Of a DNA stretch of 64,000 bases, positions 54,601 to 64,000 are shown piece by piece. The stretch covers positions 466,542 through 530,541 of the forward strand of contig CM082583.2 in NCBI GenBank assembly GCA_040954595.2, in the 5' to 3' direction. A program made the position numbers and the translations under genes. Every line of letters starts with the position of its first letter. The first letter of the stretch is position 1. The stretch comes from Balanoglossus misakiensis (lineage: Eukaryota; Animalia; Hemichordata). The notes beneath the pieces were generated by a model. That model ran no database searches. It saw nothing but the letters and a program-made list of their open reading frames with translations, and was not told the DNA's origin.

Positions 54601-57500
54601 CCTGCGTAGTAACGGTGGCTTGGTATACAATTGATTCGGTCAGGCAGTGTCCTGACATTGGGCAGTTTGCAGGTGACCGGCAGTTGCATTGTTTTTTAGT
54701 GCTGTTGTCGTTGTTGCTGGAAAGTACCGATTTGTTGTGATTCTGGATGGTTTGTGCTGTGTTGCTCATGGTGCTGTAGCTTATTTTTACTGTGTTCCGG
54801 TTGAATATCTTGTGGAGGGTGTGGCTTGGTGGGAATTCTTCGTTAATTATTTTGAGGAACTCTCTCCCTATATGTGTGGCGACGTTTTTACTGTACGGTG
54901 GGGTGTACCATATTATGTTCCTGCTGCGGTTTCTCTTGTGGGCTTGTGGTTGTTCTGTTGGCGGCGTGAATTTCAGTTCATGTTTGTATCCGCTTTTGTA
55001 GATGGCCTGTTGGTATAGTGGTGCGGCCGTGTTGAAGCATTCGTCGTGCAACGAACTCCCAAATCGTATTACTACGCTCCTTTGTGTCGAGCACTCTTCG
55101 CAAATACCACTGTCATGGAACCCAGAAGTTTTGACTATTCAACGAAGAACATCGGACTACCATCAGAACGTGAGTACAACAGGAAACTGATAGAAAAAAC
55201 CGAGCACCTATGCAGACGCATGAGATGGAAAGCCTACTTCTTTCTAAACCCAGAAACACGTGCCATAAACAAAGAAACATACGGATTCAACTCAAAAAAG
55301 ACACCACCGCAAATTCAAGAATTGGTAAGCTTTGAAGGCAGGCTGCTGAACATGATCGAAAACATAAAATTTCAAAATATTAACTGCCGCTTCCAAAGAC
55401 AACTAGCATCAGATGTTAGCAAAATCAAGAAATCCCAGGACCTCCTCGCACCAGCAGACAAATCCAACAACTTTTACAAGATGGACCCCCCTTCCTACAA
55501 TACCTTACTAAGCAAGAACATTACTAAGTCATATAAGAAGGTCCCCCCGGAAACCACCAAAATGATCGAAACCGACGCCGCCCACATTGCAGCAAAACTA
55601 GACCTTGGTGACAGAATCAACACCACAGCCAAAAGGGAAGCATTCATAACCCTGAAAGACCATAAGCCCAACTTCAAAAACAAGCCTACATGCCGTCTCA
55701 TCAACCCAGCAAAATCAGAAATCGGAAAAATCAGCAAACAAATACTAGACAGAATCAACAAGAAAGTCATCACAAAGACAGGTCTCAACCAATGGAAGAG
55801 CACCAAAGCAGTCCTAAAATGGTTTAATAGCATCCCCAACAAGCACCAATATTCATTCATTGCATTCGATGTGGTAGACTTTTACCCATCCATCTCGGCC
55901 GACCTGCTCAACACAGCGCTGGAATTTGCATCCAACCATGATAATATCACCAATGACGAAAAAGAAATTATCACCCATGCCAAGAGATCATGCCTCTTCA
56001 ACGAAAATGAACAATGGACGAAAAAATCATCATCCAACCTATTTGACGTAACCATGGGGAGCTACGATGGCGCCGAAACATGCGAGCTTGTCGGCACATT
56101 CATACTCCACGAGATCACCAAAAAACACGGCAACCAATTTGGCCTATACAGGGACGACGGCCTCGGTATAATCAAGGCGTCAGCACGACAAGTGGAACGC
56201 AAAAAGAAAGACCTCTGCGCCATCTTCAACCAATATGGACTGAAAATCACAATCGAAGCCAACAAAAAAATTGTGAACTTTCTCGACACCACCCTGAACC
56301 TAACCACCGGAAAATACCAGCCCTACACGAAACCCAACAACATACCGCAATACGTCCACAGCAAATCAAACCACCCACCAGGAATCCTAAAAACATACCA
56401 GAATCCATCAACAAGCGACTCTCAGAAATTTCATATGACGACGAATGCTTCAACACGGCCGCACCACTATACCAACAGGCCATCTACAAAAGCGGATACA
56501 AACATGAACTGAAATTCACGCCGCCAACAGAACAACCACAAGCCCACAAGAGAAACCGCAGCAGGAACATAATATGGTACACCCCACCGTACAGTAAAAA
56601 CGTCGCCACACATATAGGGAGAGAGTTCCTCAAAATAATTAACGAAGAATTCCCACCAAGCCACACCCTCCACAAGATATTCAACCGGAACACAGTAAAA
56701 ATAAGCTACAGCACCATGAGCAACACAGCACCAACCATCCAGAATCACAACAAATCGGTACTTTCCAGCAACAACGACAACAGCACTAAAAAACAATGCA
56801 ACTGCCGGTCACCTGCAAACTGCCCAATGTCAGGACACTGCCTGACCGAATCAATTGTATACCAAGCCACCGTTACTACGCAGGATAGCAAGCCAGACCA
56901 AACCTACGTCGGACTAACTGCCAACACCTTCAAGACCCGCTTCAACAACCACAAGGACTCATTCAGGAACGCCGCCAAAAAGAACAGTACAGAACTCAGT
57001 AAATACATTTGGAAACTAAAGGACGAGCACATAGAACACAAAATCACACGGAAAACAATAAAACAAGCTAGCCCCTATACCCCCACCAGCAACAGATGCA
57101 ACCTATGTCTTTGGGAAAAATATTTCATCATATGCAAACCAAAACTAGCCACACTCAACAAACGTAACGAACTCGTCAGCACATGCCGCCACTCCAGCAA
57201 ATTCCTCCTGAAGAATCTGGCCAATCAGCACCCCTCCACACAGCCCCAATCAATGCACGCTCCCATTCAAATGTAGGCCCATTTGCATATCCACCCTACC
57301 CAATTCCCTGTTGTCCACACCCTTCACCATCATTCAGGCATCAGTATCTGACGAGTGTAGGCCCCGCTTACACGAAACTGAACAGTAATACACCGCCTAT
57401 GTCAAAACAGCCTTAGTTCCCTTGCACACTCTACTATCAAGCTCTGGATTTACACCATCGAGCACTCTGCCAGCAGTACTTGCAACGAACTCCCAAATCG

Positions 57501-57541
<41 letters not shown>

Positions 57542-58754
57542 ATACATGCCTAAATATAGGGATAAACTGTGTTAACGCCATCTTGAAAATTTGCAGTGCA
57601 TTATCGGTCAATTGAGTCCCAGTTGGGGGGGGGGGGGAGTAGCGTCTACAACCTATCCAATTTTCCAGCAGTTTTGTCAGATTTTCTTCAAGTAACGTTA
57701 GTAGTAGTAGTTACATGAAGAAAATCTGACTAAACCGCTGGAAATGGATAGGTTGTAGTGGTACTCCCCCCAACCGGAACTCAATTGACCCATAATGCAC
57801 TGCAAATTTTCAAGATGGCATTAACAGTTTATCCCTACATTTAGGCATGTATGACATTGTGTTTTGATTTTTTTTTTTAGATGGGTATGATAAACTATCT
57901 CCATATGGATTTGCCATTCATGGTTGCATCGATGGGTAAGTGCTATCAACTTATCATCTATACAAACCTTTCTGAGGAATGCTGGAGACCCATTGTAACA
58001 CCATTGGTTTTTTGAGAATCACAATATTGATGAAAGCTAAGATTAATGAAGCACATTTAGTAACAATTCTGTGGAAATATGTTTATGCAATGAAATTTAC
58101 TTATTCCTTTTTTAATTTGAAAATTAATAATAACTTTGTTTTCTATAGATTTTCGCGAAGGGTGTTGTGGTTGAAAGTTGGTGCATCAAACAATGATCCA
58201 AGCAAAGTTGCTTCCTATTTCATAGACACAGTTGAGAAGCTGAAAGGTAATAGACACATTCACTTAAGGTTGTTAAACATATCATTTTGACAAAATTTGT
58301 TTTATTGACATTTCTGAACTGGGTAAAGGCGATAAATTTAGCCAACCACTAATCAATGACAATTATCCATTGCATGCTCATATTAGTCTTGTACCCAATA
58401 TTTCCTGTGGCAACATTGTAATGATCTTCACATATCCAGGCTGTGTTGAAAAACATTGAAACTACGTGTAGGCAGTAAAGCATTTGGAATGAAAATCTTT
58501 CTTAAAAATTAAATCTAGTGTGTACAATTTTTTTTTTTTTTTTTTTTGGGGGGGGGGGGGTTAACATTTTAACTGTAAGAGCTGCCAATGTCAATCCTAA
58601 TTTGTTTGCAGGTTGCCCCAGGATCTTGCGAGCAGATCATGGCACAGAAACAGGAGTGATAATGACTGCTCAAGCCATGTTGAGGACAGATGGTGATGAT
58701 GCTTTTGCTGACAACAGCTTTTGGTATGGTCCTTCAACTGCTAACCAGGTCAGT

Positions 58755-58786
<32 letters not shown>

Positions 58787-61700
58787 GTTTTATTTACCCA
58801 TTAATTAAAGGGTACATATGATAGGTAAAATACAAATGGTGGGTAAATATGGAGTCAGGAAATAGCCACAGCTAGTCTAGCCTGTACTCCTACAATATAG
58901 CTTGCTTGGTTACAGAAAAAAAAAGATAATGTTGAGGGAACGCTTGAAGCGTGATTCAAGTACGATCTCACTACAACAGTGTAAAGTTATCCATTGCAAA
59001 TGGTAATGGAAAAAAGAAAGGAACAACAATCACAAACAAACAAACAAAACAGCATCATACTACATCAAGAAAATTACAAATTCATTTGTACTGGTTTAAG
59101 AGGTGTTGTTTAAATGTCCTACGAAATTGGCATAAAGTATTTGAAGACTTAATTTGTGGAGGAATATCGTTCCAGATTTTTGCTCCAGTATGTGATATCG
59201 AGAACTGGCCTGAGTTTGTTTTGGCATGGAACGGGCGTAGATAGTGATGTAACCAAATTCTGGTATTATGCTCATGACTTGTTGTGTTAAAATAATCTGA
59301 AAGTGAATGTGGAGATTTCTGGTGATATAAATAATAAATGAAGGAACCTAGTAAATAACTGTGAAGCTTGGTAATATCCAAAATATTCAGTTGATTAAAG
59401 AGAGGAGTAGAATGGTCCATGTGTGATTTGAAAAGCATTATACGTACAATTGTTTTTTGGGCAACTTGGATACAACGTAACTTTGTGGGGTAAGTATTGC
59501 CCCAAACCTCAAGACCATATGTAACATGGGGGAGTATGAAGGCGTTGTAATACAAAATTCTGATATGGAGTGGTAAAATATTTCTAATCTTGTATAAAAT
59601 TCCACAGTGCTTCCTAATGAGATTATTTATTTTGTTAATTTGATGTGACCATGACAGATGCTTATCCAATAAAACCCCAACAAATGGTATCACATCAACC
59701 TCTTTGATTTCTTCATTCTGGATTTGCAATGACCCAAGAACATTAAGTTTTTTCTGCCGACCCCTAAAAATAATAAAGTGAGTCTTGGCCCTATTAATTG
59801 TTAGTTTGTTGGCATTGCACCATTGCTGAACATCATTTAAATAAGAGGATATATGAGTCAAGTTAATACTATCTGCACCTGAGAAGGAATGGAAGAGATT
59901 GGAGTCGTCAGCAAATAAACGGAAATCAAAAAATGTAGAAGAATTTGGAAGGTCATTGATATAAATAAGGAAAAGGGTTGGGCCCAAAACTGATCCCTGT
60001 GGGACTCCATTGTGGATCAAGGACTTTTCTGAAACATGACTGGTTAATGTGACATACTGTGAGCGGTCTGTGAGGTAGCTGTTAAACCAATGCTGGCAGG
60101 GGCCCCTAAACCCGTAATGTTCAAGCTTGGACAATAAAGTGGCATGGTGAATGGTATCGAAAGCTTTGCTGAAGTCAATAAACACCCCCAGTGTGGAATT
60201 CCCCTTATCAATTTCTTTTAACAAGTGGTTAACTAAGTTAATCAAAGTGTGCTTGGTGCTATGGTTCTTTCTAAAGCCATACTGGTGCTTATATAATATA
60301 TTATATTTATCAAGGTAAGTAATCACTTGTTTGTTTACCACTTTTTCTATCACTTTACTGAACATTGATAAAATGGCGATGGGTCTGTAGTTCCCAGCAA
60401 TGTTCTGTTCTCCTTTCTTGAAGATAGGTTTAACCTTAGCGACTTTTAAGGAATTAGGGAAGACACCGGTACAGAAAGACATATTTATGATGTGGGTCAA
60501 AGGTTGAGCAATAACATCAGCTGCATCAATTAGGAGTCTTGGAGGAATATTATCCCACCCACTGGCCTTTTTACTGTCAAGATGCACCAAAATCTCTTTT
60601 ATCTCAGCAACCGTAACAGGATGGAGAAAAAAAGAGTTTGGCATAGGATCATTCATATAATTTTTAAAATCTTTTGTGGTTTTTGGAATGTGTTTTGCCA
60701 GATTTTGACCCACATGTACAAAGAAGTCATTAAAACACTTAGCCATATCAGCTGGCTTATCTACCAACCTTTCAATCCCATTTACATTGACCTTTAACTG
60801 ATCTGGTGCTTTATCTAAAGTAGTGTTTTTACCAAGCAACTCATTTACAACATTCCACACTTTACCATTGTTGTTTACAGTGAATAAATTAGCATAATAC
60901 ACCCTTTTGGCTTTTCTTAAAACACTTGTAAGAATATTTCTGTAGGTTGTGTAGCGAGCAACAGCACTTGGTTCATGTTGTGTGGTGACAACTTTAGCAT
61001 ATAGTTTGCGTTTGGTGCGAATTGACTTCTTAATAGCTTTGGTAATCCAGGGATTTTTGTTACACTTGGCCTTAATAGTTTTAACCTCAAGTGGGGCATG
61101 ATGGTCACACACCTGGCTGAACAAATTGCTGAAGGTGTCAAAAGCAGTGTTTACACAGCTATTGTTATGCATAACAACGTTCCAGTTAACATTAATTAAA
61201 TCAGAAATAAAACGAGCAGAGTTATAGCGCCTGAAATTCCTTGTACAAACTGACCGTACAAATGGCGTGTGGACATTGAAGTTGTTGAAAATAGAGAAAA
61301 TAGGTAAGTGATCTGAAATATCAGCAATAATTGTACCAGCATCAATGTGACAAGAGCTAATATTGGAATAAATATGATCAATGGTCGACTTGGAAGTACT
61401 TGTAATACGAGTTGGGGAGGAGATTAACTGTTCTAGATGAAGACATTGCATCCTTGGTATAAAATCCCGAGCACTTGAATCTGGACTTGACACATCAATA
61501 TTAAAGTCACCCATAAGAATACAATGTTTTTTATCCAGTTTCAAAGAACAAAGAACATTAAAAAGACTGTCTTCAAACTCTGTGACACTAGTTCCTGGTT
61601 TGCGATATAACACACCGACAACTATGCGATTCTTTAACCCGCATATTTCAAACCATAGTGATTCAGAATGAACCACATTAAAGTTTAACAGTTTGTATTT

Positions 61701-64000
61701 AAGAGAACAATGAATATATGCCCCTACCCCGCCACCCCGACCGATGTTTCTGCTATTTAACTCAAAAGAGTAATTTGGCAAATTAAAAAAAGTTGGATTA
61801 TTGATTTGCCAGGTTTCTGAAACACCAATAATGTGAAAAGGACTGGTGATACATTCATTATACAGGAGACGTACATCGTCTATACTATTACAGAGAGATC
61901 TTGCATTAATATGAGATACTGAGAAAGAATGGCTGGATCTAGAGCTAAATTTATCATTAAATGTTGACGGTTCTAGTATATGATTTGTAACTGTGAAAAT
62001 GTCATCATCTATGTCATTTACTGAGTTTGGCATGAAGCAATATATGGGAAACCAAGAAAATGTCTACAAGATGGTTTATACAATCTTGGCAAGGTCCAGC
62101 TCACTTTTCTTCACAAGAACTTCACCGTTCCGCGTCCACGCATACTTATAGCGTGCTGATTAGCGCTTCACGTTCGTCATCTTAAAAAGTTTGCGTGCTT
62201 TTGGAGTTAGATTTTCATTTACGTAGATTTTGTTCCGATTGGCATATCCAATATCTCCAGTTGTAATGGTCGCTAGCTTCTTTTTGTTCCGGTGGATATA
62301 GTCGCGTTTCTTCCTGCTTAAGAATCGCACAATGATTGGTCTTGGGAAAGTAGGTGCAGCATTGTCACCTGTATGCTTTTGACCTAATCTGTGGGTAATC
62401 ACAATGTCGTGGTCACTGATACCTGGATCGATCTTTTTAGCACTCTTGTTACGATTGCATCTGTATTTTCTCCATCATCTGCACTTTCATGAATTCCATG
62501 AAGTTCAATGTTTTCACGTCTATTGTATGATTCATACTTTCCATAGATTTCTCGAGCTCTGTGATGCGAGTGAAAAGCTGTTCATTCGTTTCTTTGACTT
62601 CTTTATTTTCAAGCTCCAAAGTAGAAACTCGTCCACGTACTTCCTCTACAAGTCCGTTGAAGAACTCCAGTGACGAATTTATTGTGCTTTGGCTTTCTTT
62701 GAGCTCAGCAATACTGATCAATAGTGCCGGTATGTGATTTACATGTGAACAGATTTCAGCAAGCCGGTTTTCTATTGATTGTGGTGTGCCAGCTGGAGGT
62801 GTTGATTGGCAAGAGTCTGATGATCCAGATGGTGTTTGGTCTTTTCTTCTCGGCATCGTGAATGAGCACAGGTGTTCGATTACACAACGTGGGTTTTAAA
62901 CAAAGGAGCAGAATTCCAGTACTATTTTGCATGCATAATGAGATCGACTGGAACTAACGGCAGGATTCTGTGTGCTGGCTTCGACTTGATAGATAAAAAT
63001 CAAAACTCACTTTTGACAAAAAGTTACAGCAATCTTCCGCAAAAATCCGTTGCCAGCTAATAGTCCACGCCTTCAAAAATCGACACATTGACCGGTGATG
63101 AAAACAAGTTCCAACTAAGGAGTGATTTTTGGCTCGTACCAAGAGACGATGTTGCTGAACTTGTCGACCATGCGCAGCGCCCTCTATCCACATATGACAA
63201 ATGACATCACAATTTTTCTTAGGAATACCTACGCTGTACCGTGTCATGAGATAAAAAGACTGTTAATACTACCCATTTTTCCACTACCTTGTTAAGATGA
63301 CTATATGCTTGAGGAGACAATCCTCAAACCTCATAGACTCCCCATCTTCCCTACTTCAGTCACCGATTCCATTGCTGCTGCATGCCTGAGCAAATTTTGT
63401 TCAAATTTGGTGCAGTTTTTTGTTTCACAATATAATCCAAAAAAGACACTTTTGGTATCGTGTTTCACATTTGTTTGTTCAGAGTGGTGACAGTAATTGT
63501 GTCAGACCATTGTTTTCATTGTGATCTCTTCTTACAGCGTATTGAACGATGGTGGGGTGTGTTAAGAAGTAAAAGTGCAGATTGGTGGATTGACCATTTT
63601 AAGGTAAAGTATCATTTGGCTTGTACAAATGTGTTCTGCAAAACAAAATCAACTCAAACACAAAGATGGTTGTATAAGTGACAAAATTTGTATTCTCATA
63701 GAATGTGCCACAGCCCAAGATGCAATGTCATTAGTGGATGCAGTTGTGTGTAGGAATGAGAAAAATAACCAGTATAGCTCAAGTCAGCTCATATCATGAT
63801 GTTGAATTGTCCTGCAGAGTTTTTATACATGAGGACTAGGCTTTCCAAACATTTTTTTTCTTGGCCATGGCCTTGCAGGCAGTTTATACACAAGTACAAG
63901 ACCACATTCACTGACACATTTTACTGTAGCATTACAGGAAATTCACCACTATCAATTTTTTATCCCCTAGGATTTGGTATCAATGGGTCATTTGCAGTTA
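43411..64000 (+). CDS. IS3EU-like DDE transposase (integrase core), 3'-incomplete; predicted join(43411..43423,44094..44187,44343..44442,44829..44917,45252..45370,57881..57935,58149..58246,58612..58748,63538..63603,63971..>64000)
   Basis: All introns are GT-AG and in phase. The spliced protein reads ...LIKKYFSYGY...VRKLLRILDP...RRLIRREYRCKGPNYVWHIDGYDKLSPYGFAIHGCIDGFSRRVLWL...NNDP...GCPRILRADHGTE...GPSTANQRIERWW..., with an intact D-D-E triad. Confidence 0.9.
43537..43603. mobile_element. Second copy of the TAG...CTA MITE
   Basis: tagcctggtatccatacc...ggtatggagaccaggcta. The internal gagtctatcta is shared with the 32104 copy, and caacta occurs in both flanks. Confidence 0.75.
45556..45615. 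repeat. (AT)30 microsatellite, left flank of the nested insertions
   Basis: Direct reading. Confidence 0.98.
45615..54053. repeat. Tandem array of two cassettes: A (~179 bp, TIR-bearing, 12 copies) and B (~273 bp, 23 copies); order (ABB)6(ABBB)2(ABB)2 AB A
   Basis: A starts at 45615, 46341, 47067, 47793, 48519, 49245, 49971, 50971, 51971, 52697, 53423 and 53875, giving periods of 726, 1000 and 452 bp. The 12 B-B junctions match the 12 repeated 73-aa ORFs. Copies are nearly identical. Confidence 0.95.
54063..55047 (-). mobile_element. Inverted 3' segment (extended pseudo-LTR) of the Penelope-like element: GIY-YIG coding part plus 3'UTR
   Basis: The minus-strand 280-aa ORF nearly matches the C-terminus of ORF 56080..57276. 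The sequence is the reverse complement of ~56438-57437 with a few substitutions and a 15-bp deletion. Confidence 0.92.
54087..54149 (-). ncRNA. Type I hammerhead ribozyme (inverted copy)
   Basis: Reverse complement of 57336-57398. Confidence 0.85.
55115..57276 (+). CDS. Penelope RT + GIY-YIG endonuclease (~720 aa), split by a 1-nt frameshift in the A5 run at 56389-56393
   Basis: YSTKNI.LP, RMRWKA.FF, PADK, LKDHK, FDVVDFYPSI, MGSYDGAE, LYRDDGL, NFLD.TL. In the shifted frame: CNCR...CP..G.C, IVYQA, YVGLT, FKTRF.NH, C.LC..EK, LN.R.E. Confidence 0.92.
57336..57398 (+). ncRNA. Type I hammerhead ribozyme in the Penelope 3'UTR/pLTR
   Basis: Stem I gtat/atac (extended by aggc/gcct), core CUGACGA, stem II gtgtag/cttacac, GAAA, short stem III actg-aa-cagt, cleavage triplet GUA. 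Confidence 0.88.
57504..57538. repeat. (TA)n microsatellite, right flank of the Penelope element
   Basis: Direct reading. Confidence 0.97.
57557..57837. mobile_element. Second copy of the ~280-bp palindromic MITE (palindrome extends to ~57538-57856)
   Basis: High similarity to 32429-32710. The flanks tgtcatacatgcctaaat and atttaggcatgtatgaca are also inverted. Confidence 0.88.
59082..62033 (-). CDS. LINE ORF2: apurinic-like endonuclease + reverse transcriptase, 983 aa, uninterrupted
   Basis: HINARSL, VSETW, GGGVG.YI, LMGDFN, TIDHIY, ISDHLP, PWIT, NYRPI, QYGFR, DFSKAFDT, GVPQGSVLGP.LF, FADD. Confidence 0.96.
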   Translation of the reverse strand: MPNSVNDIDDDIFTVTNHILEPSTFNDKFSSRSSHSFSVSHINARSLCNSIDDVRLLYNECITSPFHIIGVSETWQINNPTFFNLPNYSFELNSRNIGRGGGVGAYIHCSLKYKLLNFNVVHSESLWFEICGLKNRIVVGVLYRKPGTSVTEFEDSLFNVLCSLKLDKKHCILMGDFNIDVSSPDSSARDFIPRMQCLHLEQLISSPTRITSTSKSTIDHIYSNISSCHIDAGTIIADISDHLPIFSIFNNFNVHTPFVRSVCTRNFRRYNSARFISDLINVNWNVVMHNNSCVNTAFDTFSNLFSQVCDHHAPLEVKTIKAKCNKNPWITKAIKKSIRTKRKLYAKVVTTQHEPSAVARYTTYRNILTSVLRKAKRVYYANLFTVNNNGKVWNVVNELLGKNTTLDKAPDQLKVNVNGIERLVDKPADMAKCFNDFFVHVGQNLAKHIPKTTKDFKNYMNDPMPNSFFLHPVTVAEIKEILVHLDSKKASGWDNIPPRLLIDAADVIAQPLTHIINMSFCTGVFPNSLKVAKVKPIFKKGEQNIAGNYRPIAILSMFSKVIEKVVNKQVITYLDKYNILYKHQYGFRKNHSTKHTLINLVNHLLKEIDKGNSTLGVFIDFSKAFDTIHHATLLSKLEHYGFRGPCQHWFNSYLTDRSQYVTLTSHVSEKSLIHNGVPQGSVLGPTLFLIYINDLPNSSTFFDFRLFADDSNLFHSFSGADSINLTHISSYLNDVQQWCNANKLTINRAKTHFIIFRGRQKKLNVLGSLQIQNEEIKEVDVIPFVGVLLDKHLSWSHQINKINNLIRKHCGILYKIRNILPLHIRILYYNAFILPHVTYGLEVWGNTYPTKLRCIQVAQKTIVRIMLFKSHMDHSTPLFNQLNILDITKLHSYLLGSFIYYLYHQKSPHSLSDYFNTTSHEHNTRIWLHHYLRPFHAKTNSGQFSISHTGAKIWNDIPPQIKSSNTLCQFRRTFKQHLLNQYK
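62079..62856 (-). pseudogene. LINE ORF1 (coiled coil, RRM-like region, L1/FP25K-like C-terminal domain), disrupted
   Basis: Coiled coil in ORF 62449..62856. After a frameshift near 62528 it reads YNRRENIELHGI. A second frameshift at the T5 run 62434-62438 leads to THRLG...PRPIIVRF...IYVNENLT. A stop at 62160 precedes YKYAWTRNGEVLVRK. Confidence 0.85.

Larger units (their letters stand above)
55047..57505 (+). mobile_element. Penelope-like retroelement, Naiad-like clade
   Basis: RT plus C-terminal GIY-YIG ORF, hammerhead in the 3'UTR, and a 25-bp direct repeat tgcaacgaactcccaaatcgtatta at 55047-55071 and 57481-57505. It ends in (TA)n. Confidence 0.93.
58759..63170 (-). mobile_element. Near full-length CR1/L2-group non-LTR retrotransposon, antisense in a transposase intron (5' boundary approximate)
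   Basis: ORF1 remnant, APE-RT ORF2, ~300-bp 3'UTR and an (ATT)n tail at 58759-58786. I found no clear TSD. Confidence 0.88.
42539..64000 (+). mobile_element. IS3EU-type DNA transposon (left end and most of the transposase gene; right end outside the window)
   Basis: The satellite stops abruptly at TATGG, which fits the TAY terminus I recall for IS3EU. Subterminal tandem repeats and a multi-exon IS3/integrase-like DDE gene follow. Confidence 0.75.

Noticed and set aside
56790-57200. Selenocysteine-encoding Naiad endonuclease
   Set aside because: The conserved Cys positions are ordinary TGC/TGT codons, with no in-frame TGA.

Overview
Eukaryotic, repeat-dominated DNA, probably a marine invertebrate (inferred from the transposon families). 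No conventional host gene is evident. The backbone is a composite ~2.05-kb tandem macrosatellite (1-18213 and 35263-42538) built from 81-bp GC-rich monomers plus ~335-bp AT-rich subrepeats. Three elements are inserted in it. (1) A 187-bp L2-like 3' end with a 6-bp TSD. (2) A 17,049-bp CACTA/EnSpm transposon (18214-35262; CACAG...CTGTG, AAA TSD) with a spliced ~1031-aa transposase, a divergent spliced C14orf93-like second gene, decayed piggyBac-like and hAT-like transposase relics, and several MITEs. (3) From ~42539 to beyond the window end, an IS3EU-type DNA transposon whose DDE transposase can be spliced in frame across 10 exons. One of its introns holds an 8.4-kb array of two TCT...AGA-ended cassettes (A x12, B x23) and a Naiad-like Penelope element with two hammerhead ribozymes, all in (TA)n. 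Another intron holds a CR1/L2-group LINE. Family assignments come from motif recognition by eye, not database searches.
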